From: Eledone cirrhosa
Lineage: Eukaryota
Length of the DNA: 64,000 nucleotides
Direction: 5' to 3'
NCBI GenBank assembly: GCA_964016885.1
Contig: OZ024745.1
Coordinates: forward strand, 132,804,001 to 132,868,000
Each line of letters starts with the position of its first letter. Within the stretch, counting starts at the first letter, position 1. The translations under genes and the position numbers were made by a program. Shown here in pieces: positions 40,605 through 54,375 of the stretch. The notes under the pieces are model-generated. The model ran no database searches and was not told the DNA's origin. It saw nothing but the letters and a program-made list of their open reading frames with translations.

Positions 40605-42035
40605 TATATAGTGTACCTCATGGGTGGATTTATTAAGGCTTTACAGTTAGCCAAAGTCCCACAACCACTAGTAGCTACTGTTGAACGGCTGACCAAGAAC
40701 TGGTACACCGATTTGATACTTAGGGGGGCTGAGACACTACCAGAAAAGTATCTTTCAGGATGATAGGGTATCAGTGCTGCTCTTCGCCCTCTCACTAAAC
40801 CCACTATCATACCTGCTCACAAAACAAAGATTGACTTGGACCAACGTATGACTGAACTTGGATTTGAGGACAAGGGCGCAGCTTCCTAATTCATAGACTA
40901 CAAATGGCTGCGATAGCTGGCACCTTCAAAATCTACAAAACATTCTTGCGATTCAAGGATCACAATTACTTTTCTTTTACAAACTTGCCACCAAGAAGGT
41001 GGCCAGTCAAAAATGTACTCGAAATTTAGAGAAACTTACATACATTCATACATATATACATACACAAAATACCTGATTCGCAAAATAGATAAGGATGCAG
41101 GCAAAGCACCTAGATTTGACAAAAAGTGCAGACTCTGCAGAATTAACATCGATCATGTCGCCCATGTTATAAGCAGCTGTCCAAAGATGTCATCGCGGTA
41201 CTATCTACCTATGAGGCATGATGTAGTGGCGAGAACACTGTACAATGCAATCGGTAGAAGAGATAGTCCCGATAAAAGCTACAGCAATGTGGAAGACATC
41301 CATGTACATAATATGAAAGAGTACTGGTGGAATCTTCCAGTAAAAACCCTAATAAAATGCAGGCAATACATACCAGATATAATGATATGGGACAGGGAAA
41401 ACAAGGCATGCGCAGGAGTGGAAGTTCGCGGCCCAGCAGATGCCAATATAATATCAAAGATTAGTGAAAAGGAGAATATCTATGCAGAACTAATGAGAAA
41501 TCTGCAGATACTCCACCCTGATTATACCTTCAGATTTATGCCTGTGATTATTGGGGCACTGGGATATGTTAGTAACTGTTTCAGTACAAGTCTTGAGAAG
41601 CTGCGCTTCACAAAAACAGAGAGAACACGACTATTTATTGAATTACATGTACACTCCATTAATGGAGCAGTAAATATATGTAAAACTCTCCAAAAATTCT
41701 GCATTTAATAACTGCACATGTACAGAAACAAAGCATATGCAACTGCACACGTACAACTGAAAACATACACATCCATACATGCACAAACATGCATGCATGC
41801 AGACAAACTTACATATCTACCTAGCTGATGTTGTGTAAATTCCAATGAGAGAGTATTGTATCTATGCTAGAAACAAACTCTCTCTCTATTTTCAAAGATT
41901 TGTGAAATTATAAAACCAGAAGAACATACATACATACATACATACATACACACATACATACATACATACATACATACATACATACATACATACATACATA
42001 CATACATACATACATACATACATACATACATACAT
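40605..42035 (+). mobile_element. Stacked REL-type LINE fragments with (TACA)n tails
   Basis: ORF 41013..41708: CRLC..HVISSC, RHD, PDIMIWD..EV, IIGALG; upstream terminus LQMAAIAGTFKIYKTF followed by CATA repeats; tail at 41924-42035. Confidence 0.85.
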
Positions 42036-43107
42036 CCTTATTGCCACTTCTTTTCAGAAGAATACCATCCCTTTATTGGACATTCCATGATCATGCGCAC
42101 ACAGGTTACTTTATACCGGCTTTTGTTTTGCAGGCGTGTTCAAATATGTGACACTTGAACTGTCTGTATCCTGGCACACAGTAAGAGTGGGAGATCCTCA
42201 TTAAGTAATATAATACTTAGCTATTATTTTCTCTCAATCCCAGTGATCCTTTGTTTCTTATTTGACACATTCAATGCGATTATAAAAATATATCCTAGAT
42301 GGAAGCGAACGATGTATAGAACGCTGTCGGTGTTATTTTAACTGTAATATGCTCACTTAATATTTCGAAGTAGACATCCGTTGCAACCCGAATAAACATT
42401 AGGAAGCTAATTTAATCAGTTACATAGCTATACCCTAGAACCATATCAAAAACCTTTAATTTAAACACTCTTAACGATATCACGACTAGTGCAGTTTTCT
42501 AAATTAGCATAACCTCTAAAGGAGCTTAACTATCAGAAAGAAGTGTATAAAGGAATTTCCAAGTATCATTATTCCATAATTATGTGCATGTACATTCTAG
42601 GATATTATTATTACTAAGCGATCTTTAATATACTGTCCTATTACGTAAAAGCCAATAGTTGATATAGTAACATTTCACTATAGGCACGTGAGCACTTACA
42701 TTAGGTACAATATGTTATCACGAATAAAATACTTAACTTGAAATAGCTAGCCTACAGAGTTGAGAAATACACAAAATGTCCTCATTATAGACAGATTAGA
42801 TAACGGCATATAGTGTTAAACAATTTAGAAACAATTTCATTTGACATTTCATTCTGAATATGTTGAGGTAGAATTTAACGTAAAAAAATAAAATTTATAT
42901 CACAACCAATGGGCTTGCTGGTGTTATATGGGTCCCTGTTACATATGAATCACGTAAAGGACACACATGAGTCAACCATCACAAATGAACAGAAACGCAT
43001 GAACAGAAACAAATATAATAAATAATTTCAAGTTGAATTGTGCGAAAAACATAACCGTGTATGTTGGAAAAGAAAAAGGGGATGACACATAAAACATGAC
43101 AATTTCT

Positions 43108-43111
<4 letters not shown>

Positions 43112-43173
<62 letters not shown>

Positions 43174-43187
43174 TATCTCTCTCTCTA

Positions 43188-43230
<43 letters not shown>

Positions 43231-43270
43231 ATATCTATCTATATATATCTCTCTCTATCTCTATCTATCT
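43112..43270. repeat. (CT)n/(ATCT)n microsatellite
   Basis: Direct reading. Confidence 0.95.
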
Positions 43271-43679
43271 CGGTTGAAAAATGTGGTTAAAAATATAGAG
43301 GATAGAAGAGTAGAGGTGGTATCAGGTGATATGTAGTGTAGGTTTGAGAATTAACCCTTTATGTAAATACCTAAAAACTATGAAATATAAAATTCAGCCA
43401 ATACAATACAGGGTATAGTAGAACGTGTGGATTGTTCAAAGAATCTGTGGAGTCCGACGGAGTTTGGATGTTCCAGATTGGGATGTGTAGCCACCCATCA
43501 TTCCTTCCATTCAATGAGAAGCTATGTAACCATATTAGGTATATATAGGTATATTAATAGGCAGAGACAAACGGATAGCGAATTCGCCGTATTTGAATAA
43601 ATAGAATTAGTCTGTTAGTTGGGATATAACAAAAAAAACCTCTGAAGGAAAAAAAGATGAGTGCTGACGTACATGATAA

Positions 43680-43862
<183 letters not shown>

Positions 43863-44289
43863 AAACATGCTGCTATAGTTGATACCATAGTATTAGAAAC
43901 AGGCACATGGTATCGAGTGGTTGGCACATGACGAAATCCCTGTCGATAAAGTGTTTCCGCGTTTGATCTTGATACAGTACAGACTTGCGCATTGCGTAAT
44001 TTGGATCGTTGATTTAGGTTTTACAGAAACCAATCGAAGATATTTTATATCTATCGACTAGGTCCAAGTTCATATTAACCTGTTTGTATTTTAGTTGTTG
44101 TAGCGGCTGTTAAGGTATTCTTTTACCTAGCCACAGTTTTCAGTTTGTCGCACCTATAACGTATGTTTATTACTCTATGATTTAATTTGTCGATTTATCG
44201 ATATCATCTTATCAAGTGCTTGTGCAAGCTTCCAAGGATTGTTCTTTCGAGAGATGCCGCATTAGCTGCAACTTTGATTTTACTCCCTA

Positions 44290-45160
44290 TCATTATTATT
44301 ATTAATAGTATTATTATTATTACTCTTTGAGTCTCAGTCATTGATCTTATTTAATTGGAAAGTTTGGTCAAATGAATTACAAGCTGCTACCTGCAGTCTC
44401 AGATATTCAGGACGTATGGGAGGGTTCTTGCTGTTCCTAGCAAGCATGCCTTTTGAAGTGTTCCAAAAAAGGGTGCTGGACTAATGTTCCTTTACTATCC
44501 CTGAAAACTCTTTGAGACAGAACCCAGGGCTCCTATGACAATCGGGACGAATTTGATCTGATGACAGTCCTAAATCCTTTTTAACTCCCACTTTAAGTTC
44601 TGGTATCGGTTAATTTTTCTCCCTCTCCTTTTCTTGCACTCTCGTATCAAATGGGCAGCCTACATCTACAATCAGGCACGATCTTTTTCCTCGTAAAAAA
44701 CCACCAGCACAGGCCAATTGTTTTCTAATTTCTTGTCCGTCTGTATCCTGTGGATCACCCTGCTTATCACATCATATCTCCAGCCTTTATAGTGAATCTG
44801 GGCTAGGTGTTTACACTCGGATACAATGTGAGCCACAGTCTCCTCTCTCTCTCTCTCTACAGATCCTACACAGTGAGCTAGCCTCCGCCTTGTCAATATA
44901 GTGTTTCACCCATTTCGTTCTGAAGGTCTACTCTTGTTCAGCCATTAGCATTCCTTCTGTAGCTTTTTTAAGGTCTCTTTTTAACCAGTTCTATATCTGT
45001 GGATCTGTGAATTCTGTTTTCTTAAGGAAGGTTTTATGAAGGGATTTTTCATGAAGGTTACCCTTCCTCCTTGTTATTTCCTCATTGGATCTCCTCTGGT
45101 CTATTGTTTTCTCCTTCAATACAACTTTGAGCATCGGCTCCCTACTCTCGGACACATATA
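44290..45160 (-). mobile_element. R4/Dong-like LINE family A, 3' fragment with (AAT)n tail
   Basis: Reverse complement of 12300-13257 with an internal deletion; EETVAHIVSECKHLAQ in ORF 44672..44896. Confidence 0.9.
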
Positions 45161-46319
45161 TGTTTATGTTGATCGTGGTGATGCTGATGATAATGATAAT
45201 TTCTACATTTAGAATAGGCCAGCGATTGTCCCAGTGAATTGCTGCTGCTTTTTCTTGTGGACCCCGTTGATGGGAAGATCGGGATTGAAAAGATTCAGGA
45301 CCCCAACGGCTGATCTCCGGCCGTTTGGACAGCTAGTTCCGAACTAAGCCACCAGTATTAGAACGGCGGAAATCTAACTAAAATTATCAGGGGCTACAGT
45401 CGTTATATGTGCATGCAGTCAAAGCAAAATAAAGCAAAAAATTTAAGCAAAAAATCTTAAAAGTTTGTTGTTTTTCTTGTGTTTAACGGGGAGAGGTCAG
45501 TGATCTGGGATGTCATGTATATAGTTTATTACCTTCATGGCAGCGCGGGGATAAACAGGCATTAAGAAGGATTTTATCCCATACATATATTTATAATCTG
45601 TAGAAACGTTATTGTACTATATTGTACTAAACTTCAATTTAAAAAGATAAATAATAAACGAGAGAAAAAATATATGTTTGGCAAATATAATTCAAAGAGG
45701 GTAGTGTAGAGTATTTATGTTAAGTTTGCCTTATCCAACACTTGGCTAAAAAGTCAAGCATTTATATTTTATTACTAATTCAGCTCTTCACAATGAAATC
45801 TAGTTATCATTTACTCTGAATACCGGGAAGGGCGCCTCATACACTAATTTACTTGTTTTTTTCATTTATATTCAAAGACCCTAAAACGAATCCACCCTTA
45901 GTCTTAAAGACAGTACTAATCCTCTCTTCTCTAGTAATTTTGTAAATTAGCCAAGATTCTGTAGGAAAGTAAATTCCTCGAAAAGCCTGAAAATGTCAAT
46001 TTAACATGTATTCTAGAGCTATTGGCAAACATTAGCAAAAGGAAAAAGCATTGAAGGTTGGCTAATAGGTTTTTTTAACAGGTCAGACGCTATAGTTAGT
46101 GGTGGTGCTTAAACGCTAGTGTCATGTAAGTTCACATACCGATACACGTTGACTCTGTATACCGGGTCCTCCATATCAGCTGTCTGGTAATGCCTACGAG
46201 TAAAGTTATGCATCTTGCTTAAACTATGAGTAATATGTCTAGTAAGCTATCTGTTGGGCCGGTTCCATAGGGCTGTATGTATATTTTAACAAGTGTAACA
46301 ATACTCTGTATTTACCCAA

Positions 46320-47360
46320 GGGAGATTAGGAACTGTTTACAATGGTGTACATATGCACAAATCCATCATAGCTTGTAATTGGGAAGGATATAGCTGAGAT
46401 CTACTCACCTGTCTCGTGGGTTTGAAGGTAAGATGTGTGCTATATATTCTGTGTTTATACGAGGTAACGAGTTCTTCATTTTTGTTTAAAATTTGGTCCT
46501 TCACAAACAGCATCTGGATCGTTTCCTCCGAGTATAAATTGCACGGACGTTGTACTCCAGAGTAAGATTTTGCCTTGGAAAATAGGCTCCACGTTAGATG
46601 ATAAGTAATATTGTTGCCGTGGAGATCCCAAATATGGCCAGAACGTGCTGTAGCGTGTCGCCAGCCTGGGTTTCTAAATGAATTTTGGTGTTGATAGTAC
46701 CGGGTCTTAAACTTGCAGTGGGTTAATCCAATGTAGACCTTGTTGGAGTGTTCCGTCCTCACATTGCACTGGTAGACCATGTTTCGTTCGAGGCACGATG
46801 ATCTATCCAGATAGTTGCAACTCCTAATTTGCTCGCCACTAATATCGTTGTTGTTTCTGTTAGAGTGGAGTTTTTTTAATTGTTAGATGAAGCAATATTT
46901 TGTGCAATGTTGGGTGTAGTGCTGTAGGAAGTTTAACAGTGTTTCTATTGATGATAACGGTGTTGGGTTGGGAAGTGTTTATTGAGAAGTGAAGATCTTC
47001 CCAATTGGGGTTGCAACCTCGGCATTTTGTTGAACCCCCTGACGGCTCGTCATCGGTGGCGCTGCCTGCTGGATCTGATCTGCTAGAAGGGCCTGGATAA
47101 TAGGAAATGTCCTCCCGGAAGCCACTTCTTTGAGGGCCTGGTTGTAATATGGCGTGTGTTCGTTGAAGATCTGCTCATTTGTAAACAAGTGAGATATTGG
47201 CAATGTTCCTTGGATAGCTGGAATAGGGGTGGATATAGTGTAAATTCTCATTTGGTTTCCTGTAGGGGTAGTACAAGTTGTTCTTCAAATTGAATGTTAC
47301 AGCGAGAAAGTTTACACGGTTAAGTGGCGTCTGAAGGGTGATTTTGAAACCCATCTTTAT
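46320..47360 (-). mobile_element. Naiad-type PLE fragment (RT thumb plus GIY-YIG)
   Basis: ORF 46337..46780: VYQC..VYIG..FKTRY..H..CNL..EE..LNK; upstream IFNEHTPYYNQALK. Confidence 0.88.
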
Positions 47361-48874
47361 CGTTTTTTACAATGATTTTATATTTCATAACACAATTGTA
47401 ATTTTATTTGTTCCTCTTTCGTTTTATTATTGGTACTAAATATATATTTACTTTTACATCTTTGATTATATAACTGTGTCCTCCCTTTTTGTTATATTAT
47501 TGGTCATTCGTCTTTGTTGATATCCATTGTTCTTTGTTTTAAAAAACAGTTTCTTCATATTTAGTGTTAATCTTGATTTATCATCTTGGAATATATTCAT
47601 TTGTTTCGTTTTTGCTTTCATAATCTTTAGTTCCATAGTATTTCCTGTTTGTTTGGTTACTTGGTGCTTCATATCTGTTTGTAGTGTTAGTTTTTATATG
47701 TTTATACATTTGATTGTTCATATTTGGTATTAATATTGACTATTTGCGATTTACTTCTTTAATAGAGACTATGTCCGTAGTTATGCACCTTTTCATATCC
47801 TCGTTCTTCGTGTTACCTCCTCAATTTCGTTTTTATATTTTAAATATATTAATATTTCTACACAGTTACTTTTTTAATAAACATATAACAAACTTGTCAT
47901 GGTTTATTTATGAAAATTGATTTTCATTTTCACTGTCTTTCTCTGTTATATTTTCTCGTTGTCATCATAAATCTTACCTTAGATCTCATATCTTAATATG
48001 TTTTCTTTCTTATATTAACTGCAGCTCATTTTCTGCCAAACGTTTTTCTTCGTATTTATGTTTTCACCTTTATCTATTTTAGTTATTGTATCCCCTGGAA
48101 TATGAAACAAAAAATCTCTCATAAAAATGCTCTTAAACGTTGGACGAAAAAATGTACATATGTACAGAAGAATGATTAGTATTTCAGTTCAGATTTCATG
48201 TTGTTTTCCATTCATAAAATTCTAGTAAATAAGAATCATGTATGGTATGTAAACGTTACCAATTGAGGCTTAAGTTATTATTTCTTTTGATAATCTTTTG
48301 ATAAATGTATATTTAGTTGGAGAAGCTAAGAACAAAAATTCATACATCTTCCGTTTCAGTTGGGAAACATATCCACCATAGATGACTTAATAAATTCCTC
48401 TTGTTTGTTTCTTGTTTCTTAGCCTTTTCTACTTTAAAGAGTTAAACTCGATATTTACGTATCTCTTTTAGTAATCCAAATATTACGAAATACTTTTCAA
48501 ATTAGTTTTTTAGTTTTTCAAAATATTGTAATAAGGACTAGTTATATAAATCCACTTTTCTCTTCTTGAGAAATGGCAACATCTGTAAAATGGATAACTG
48601 TTATGATTCTGTTCTTTGTTTTCCAAAAACTAGTTGGCTTATTGCGTTTGACATTTATCATGCCTCATTCATTGCGTATATGGATTATCTCTCCTAGCAT
48701 GTAGAAAACAATTTCTGACACGTTGAAATTACTTGATGTGACTGGGTAGTTCTGCAGACACAAATCAGTCATATTCTTCTGGATCAACTTTACAATATTT
48801 TTATTTTACATATCTTTAACATACGGCCATGTTTTTCGAATAATATAGTTCATATAAAAATATAATTTTCTGAT

Positions 48875-49273
48875 ATCATCATCTTCATCATCAACATCCG
48901 GCGGCCTCAACCGAAATGAACTCAACTATTGATGTCCACGTGGGGCTGTCGTTCATTGACGTTGCCAAGTCCTAGATTTCAATACCAGAATCTCTGGAGG
49001 TGACATCGGGATAGAAGAGCTTGCGCCCCCTGTTATTAGTGACAGCTTGTGGTTTCCAAAGCACTAATGGGGGGACAGCTTCATAGGTGGCACGATGGCA
49101 GTGGCCAGCAAATCTTACTCTCCCTTTACGTACAGTATATGCGTGGGAGGCCGGCATATATTTCTTTCAAAGTCAGATGTTGTCAGCTTATGTTCTGAAT
49201 GCGGTGAAGCAGGCGGGTGTAGGTGCCATCGAGGTAGTAGTAGTAGTAGTAGTAATAGTAGTAGTAGTAGTAA

Positions 49274-49335
<62 letters not shown>

Positions 49336-49440
49336 AGTGCCATCAAGGTGCTTTTGTTGTTTGGATAAAAGCGTCCATGTTTCACTTCCATATAGCAAGA
49401 TATATGAACACCACTGTTCATTAAATCTGCACTATAATTT
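48875..49440 (-). mobile_element. RTE-clade LINE 3' fragment split by a (TAG)n insertion
   Basis: LYGSETWTL..LDGTY..TRLL, RVRFAGHCHR, LVLWKP; (GAT)n tail. Confidence 0.85.
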
Positions 49441-49451
49441 TTGATTGTACA

Positions 49452-49720
49452 CAGGACCAGATTTAATGGGGGTCAAATGAGGCAATTGCCATGGGCCTGC
49501 TGCAGTGGGCACCCCACTAGCGACGACCGTACCAATGTCGTTGTACCATCAGCTAGGCCCTTTAGTTTTAGGATGGTTAGAATTTTTTTTATTTAATACC
49601 TGTATGTATAACGTTTGAATTCCAATTACTTGTGCCAAGCTAACTTTGATATGTAAAATATCTGAGTAGCCCCCAAAACTGGAAGTGCCTCGGGCTCCCC
49701 AAGGTCGAAATCCAACTCTG
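49452..49720. mobile_element. hAT-like non-autonomous DNA transposon (MITE)
   Basis: Imperfect TIRs CAGGACCAGATTT / AAATCCAACTCTG; 8-bp flanks ATTGTACA / CTCGTACA (6 of 8 match). Confidence 0.55.
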
Positions 49721-50460
49721 CTCGTACACATTTCTAAACTGCTGCACACTTGCCATTGTGATGACATAATATACACTCTGTATGAATCGACGGCTTACTA
49801 TCACTTGTTTCTCATTCAACTACTATTTTAACATATTCACCAGATCTTATAACAAGGATCATAAAAATGATATATTGCAACTCAGATTTAATCTTTGTTC
49901 TTTTTCAAATTATCTAGTATTCTCAGTATTACCATACATATGAAAAATTCTACGTATTGGTTAAAATGCTTATTTAGAGAGGCGATATTAAATCCTTTCC
50001 CGTGACCTATAATTATAGCAATATATGTGAATTCTGTTTTCTTATTCCTTACAAGTAACCACCATATATCTGCAAACGGAAATAGCAAAGTAAACTCTAG
50101 TGCCCATTCTTGAATGAATAGATGTTGCTGAATATCGCGTTTAAGTAGACAGATACATTCGCCCTCTTATATCAGTTTTGATGAGAGAATCAGACGTAAG
50201 GTGAAAATGTTTCTAAATAATAACGCTAAGAATTTGATTACTTCGCAGACCAAGTATGAAAGCTTCCTGAAATGTTAAGCCATCGAAATATTGTTTATTC
50301 TTATTACTATTTGTAGAAGAACATTTGATATCTATTGATACCATTGTTTTAAATGATTCACTGGTATCTCTGCCAAAAGGATTACATATTTGCGTTGATG
50401 TATCATATATGCATTGACGAAATATATTAGTTCAACGGTTGACATAACAGGAGAAGAGTC

Positions 50461-50492
50461 TTAACGTTTCAGGCAATAGTTCTTCATCGGAA
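50461..50492 (-). ncRNA. Ultra-minimal hammerhead-like motif (U4C) in a pLTR remnant
   Basis: tt-CCGATGA-aga-actattg-cct-GAAA-cg-TT-aa; stems I and II are weak. Confidence 0.5.
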
Positions 50493-50588
50493 TATAGAGG
50501 TAGAAATAGAAGTTAAATAGAATGATAAAGAGTGAGAAGCGGAAGAAACGGGAAAACAAGTGCGTACTCAGTCAGCCATATTTATATG

Positions 50589-50623
<35 letters not shown>

Positions 50624-50647
50624 AGATACACACATCTATATATATAT

Positions 50648-51532
50648 ATCAAGGATCAAGGAACACACTAAAACCAGGGCCTCGTCTTTCCGGAAACACA
50701 TAGCCAAATGCGGAAACAAAGACGGAAGGCCCATTGTCACAATTCTAGCGACAGAAAGAAACGTCGGCACGTTACATATCAAGGAAGCACTTTGGATCAA
50801 ACGCCTAGGGCCACAATTAAACAACCGATCCGAGAGAAGCGAAATGAGGTGGTTGGTTTAAGTTAACAAACGATGCAGCAACACACGCACACACACACAC
50901 AAGCGAGACAGTAACACACGCACACACACAGTAGCATTCCACCATACGAACATACTACACTGCCAATACAGAGGAACAAGCCAACAACACACGCACACAC
51001 ACACACACTCAAGCGAGACAACAACACACGCGCACACACACAGTAACATTCACCAAACAGACAGAGAATGGACTGACAGCTAGCGCCACCCCACTCCCAC
51101 AATTGAAATAACTACTACGGCCACTGACCTCTGCCTGACCGACCCCATTTCACGCGCACGCGTGCTCTGCTGAATACCTCAGATATTCAAAACAATGAAC
51201 AGCGGAGGACACGTTTCGCACCTTACCGAAAGACAACCCCCCCAGTTGATGGATGTCTATCCGAAATATATAGGGACAATTAAATCTCTCCCAAGGTAAC
51301 TCTTTCTCGTGTTGTTATTTTTATTTTTATCCTTTACGCTCTTTGCTTCATTCCTCTACCCGTTACAGTCTTATATACGCCACGCATCTCAACGTACACC
51401 CACTTACATCCCTCTCTCCACCACCGGATCTTGTTACCCGGAGATTTACCCATCTGCATTGTCGAGGCTTCCAAACGACTTAAAGAAATGTATCTTATTA
51501 TTCCACAATACTTCAAGCAAATTCAATACTCT

Positions 51533-51535
<3 letters not shown>
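50648..51535 (+). mobile_element. PLE 3' fragment with a non-Naiad GIY-YIG C-terminus
   Basis: RIKEH..SSFRKHIAKC..IKEALWIKRLGPQLN; HHR-like motif at ~51238-51275; flanked by (TA)n. Confidence 0.82.
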
Positions 51536-51614
<79 letters not shown>

Positions 51615-51619
<5 letters not shown>

Positions 51620-51985
51620 ATAGAGAGAAAAGACGATTATTAGGAAGAAAACATTTTTGTTTTCCTTTTATTTTTTCTCTCTAAATAATATCATTGTAAA
51701 TAATATTATTCTTTCTTCCCCATTTCCCTAACATGTACAACATCACCAACATTTTACACCAACACAAATTCCCCCCTTTGATAATGCATAAAATGCTGAA
51801 ACCGGTAATAGACAGCTATCAAATATATAAATAAATGAATAAATGCCATTGTTAGTTAAAAAATAAATTAACTAATACCTTAACACTTCACACAAAGTAA
51901 AATATTTTGTTTTAAACATTTTCTAAACCAGAAAAAAGAGAAAAATAAATATATTTTTTCCTAATAATCAACTTTTTCTCCCTAT

Positions 51986-51990
<5 letters not shown>
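51615..51990 (+). mobile_element. pLTR remnant with inverted termini in (TA)n
   Basis: TGAAAATAGAGAGAAAA..GATTATTAGGAA versus TTCCTAATAATC..TTTTCTCCCTATTTTCA. Confidence 0.75.
51775..51811 (+). ncRNA. Hammerhead, U3-A8 variant, stem I decayed
   Basis: TTGATAA-t-gcat-aaa-atgc-t-GAAA-ccgg-TA-atag. Confidence 0.6.
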
Positions 51991-52052
<62 letters not shown>

Positions 52053-52148
52053 AATATATGGAAAAAAGATGAAATCGAAAATGTAACTGGAGTTTTTTTA
52101 AGTATAATTATTTGTTTATATAGGGGAACCCCAATTACATCGACCCCA

Positions 52149-52333
52149 AGGCGGTGGATTGGCAGGATCGGTAGACGGTCAGACGACATTCTTTGACGCA
52201 TAGAGTTACGGCCCATGCCATTCTGAGTTCAAATCCCGCTGAGGTTAACTTTGCCTTTCATCCTTACGGGTTCTATAAAATAAAGTACCAGTAATGCACT
52301 GGGTAATTGTGGCCTTGTGCCACAAGTAGAAAC
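52149..52333 (+). mobile_element. SINE family B, full length
   Basis: A box TGGCAGGATCGG, B box GAGTTCAAATCC, conserved core and tail. Confidence 0.92.
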
Positions 52334-52376
52334 TGTTCAGGAGTAGAATTTGTTTATATATATATAAATATATGTA

Positions 52377-52447
<71 letters not shown>

Positions 52448-52449
<2 letters not shown>

Positions 52450-52502
52450 GTGTGTATCTAGCTGTCGAAACAGCCGGAGCTCAGCCGTAGGGGTTTTGAT
52501 TT

Positions 52503-52507
<5 letters not shown>
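52448..52507 (+). mobile_element. Micro-remnant of the 2125 pLTR family (3' half-HHR) in (TA)n
   Basis: tagctgtc-GAAA-cagc-cggagctca-gccg-TA-ggg versus tagccgtc-GAAA-cggc-ttgagctct-gccg-TC-aggg. Confidence 0.65.
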
Positions 52508-52589
<82 letters not shown>

Positions 52590-53904
52590 CAAATATTTAA
52601 ATTTCTTGTAGTCCAAAAGTAAATTGTAATCTTAGAAACAGGAATGGACAATGTATATTGTGAATTTAAACATCGTACATATTTGAACTCTCTAGTATTT
52701 ATTAGCTATAGTATATTTTCTTGTGTTAGATCAGAATATAATACGCTTTAATGTATATAAAGTTAAAGCTTATTTCAAGTCGGGATGAGGATAAAGTTTA
52801 GTGTAAGTATCCCATACGTGTCTGCCACAACACAAATTGAATACATGGTTTTCTGAGCTGAGTGAAAAGTCTTCTTGTACCGACATATCTGCACTGCATC
52901 TACCACACTTACGTATATTTCTAAACATGTTTTATAATTACTTCTTCAAATTCACCTAGGTTTTGCATTATCTCCATAGATTTGTATCCTACATGACGTA
53001 GTCACTGCGGCCTTTCAATTCTTTGTTTGAAGTGTCGGTGTTGTTTGATGAACAATCTCTAGAGAACTCATTTATTCCGCCTGATTCCTTCCTCTCTAGA
53101 GAACACTCTTCTTCTGCTCAAATGGTCTGTTTTGCTATACTTGATATGTATTTGCCTGCAACTTTCCATCAACTATTATATTTTCCTGTTAATTACTAGA
53201 TTGGTTTCGCTCTGGGGTTTTTAATTTACAACTGATTCTTTTATTCCATTCATACTACATCACTTTTCACTGTCTGGTATTATTGAATTGTCCCCATCTG
53301 ACGTTGTCTTAATTTTGTACCGTATTGAAAATGGAATTGGTGTAATCTTCTCTTTATATTGTAAAAAACAGTAATACATTGGAAACTGTCATGTAATAAA
53401 TAAAATTGATAAATGGAAAGGAAGAGTTAAATAAGTTTATAATTGTTATTTCCTGTAACAAAGAAGGAGCGATATTTACATATATAAATTGATATCTTCA
53501 AATCGGTTGCAGCTAGTTCTAGACAGGTGTTAATCTCTGCCGAAGTGAAATAAATACTAAGTGTTATAAAATTGCGGCTAAAGCTAAAAAAGTGTATCAA
53601 ACGTATGATAAATGGTGACCTGAATTGTTTTCGACTCAGTTATGAACCAAAACTAAAATATATATGAAAACTATGAAGAATCATTGTATGTACGGAAAAA
53701 AGTGATATACTGAAAATTGTTAATTCAAAGGGTAATCCATGAATTGAATACATGGATGAATCCGCAGTGAATTCGTTTTATAATTTGTAAGAATTAAATG
53801 CACTGAATGTTCGACATTTTATCAATGAAAACAAAAAAGGAAAACGGAGGTTTACTGAGGAATGAGAACTGTTTCTAAATTTAGTAAGGGAAGGGAAGGG
53901 GAAC

Positions 53905-54010
53905 GCCAATTACATCGACTCCAGAGCGTTACTGGTACTTTATTTTGACAAACCCGTAAGAATGAAAGGTAAAGCTAACCTTGGTGCCATTTGAACTCAG
54001 AAGTAAGAAA
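53905..54010 (-). mobile_element. SINE family B fragment
   Basis: ACTGGTACTTTATTTT..GAATGAAAGGTAAAG..TTTGAACTCAGAA. Confidence 0.75.
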
Positions 54011-54124
54011 GCAAAGGCCAAGAGATCAAGTTGCCAGAGAGAAGGGCCAGGAAAACATTCTAAATAACTGAGTCGAATTTGGTAGGAAATGTGACAAAAA
54101 CACGAACACGATATCAATAATAAT

Positions 54125-54375
54125 AGGAGTATCAGGATTGATCACCACAATCTTAGAGTGGTATTTGAAAGGAGGTCATTTCACCAAATACAACTACTCC
54201 GCAAAAATCTGCTTTGTTCGGAAATATGAACACTGTGTTCAAAGGGGTTCAATCTGGCGTATTTGAATACTGACTAGGAGATTAAATATCGTCACCAGTC
54301 AAAAAACTGAGAAAACTTGGAATAATGATGATGAGGTTGATGATGATGGTGACGATTGTGATGGTTGTGATGATT
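54125..54375 (+). pseudogene. Decayed REL-LINE 3' terminus with (GAT)n tail
   Basis: QKSALFG resembles the terminal QKACLLG of family A. Confidence 0.35.

Noticed and set aside
47400-48870. A-rich minus-strand coding-like region (similar stretch at 1420-2080 on +)
   Set aside because: Many stops and no recognisable motif; probably an old TE ORF but unassignable
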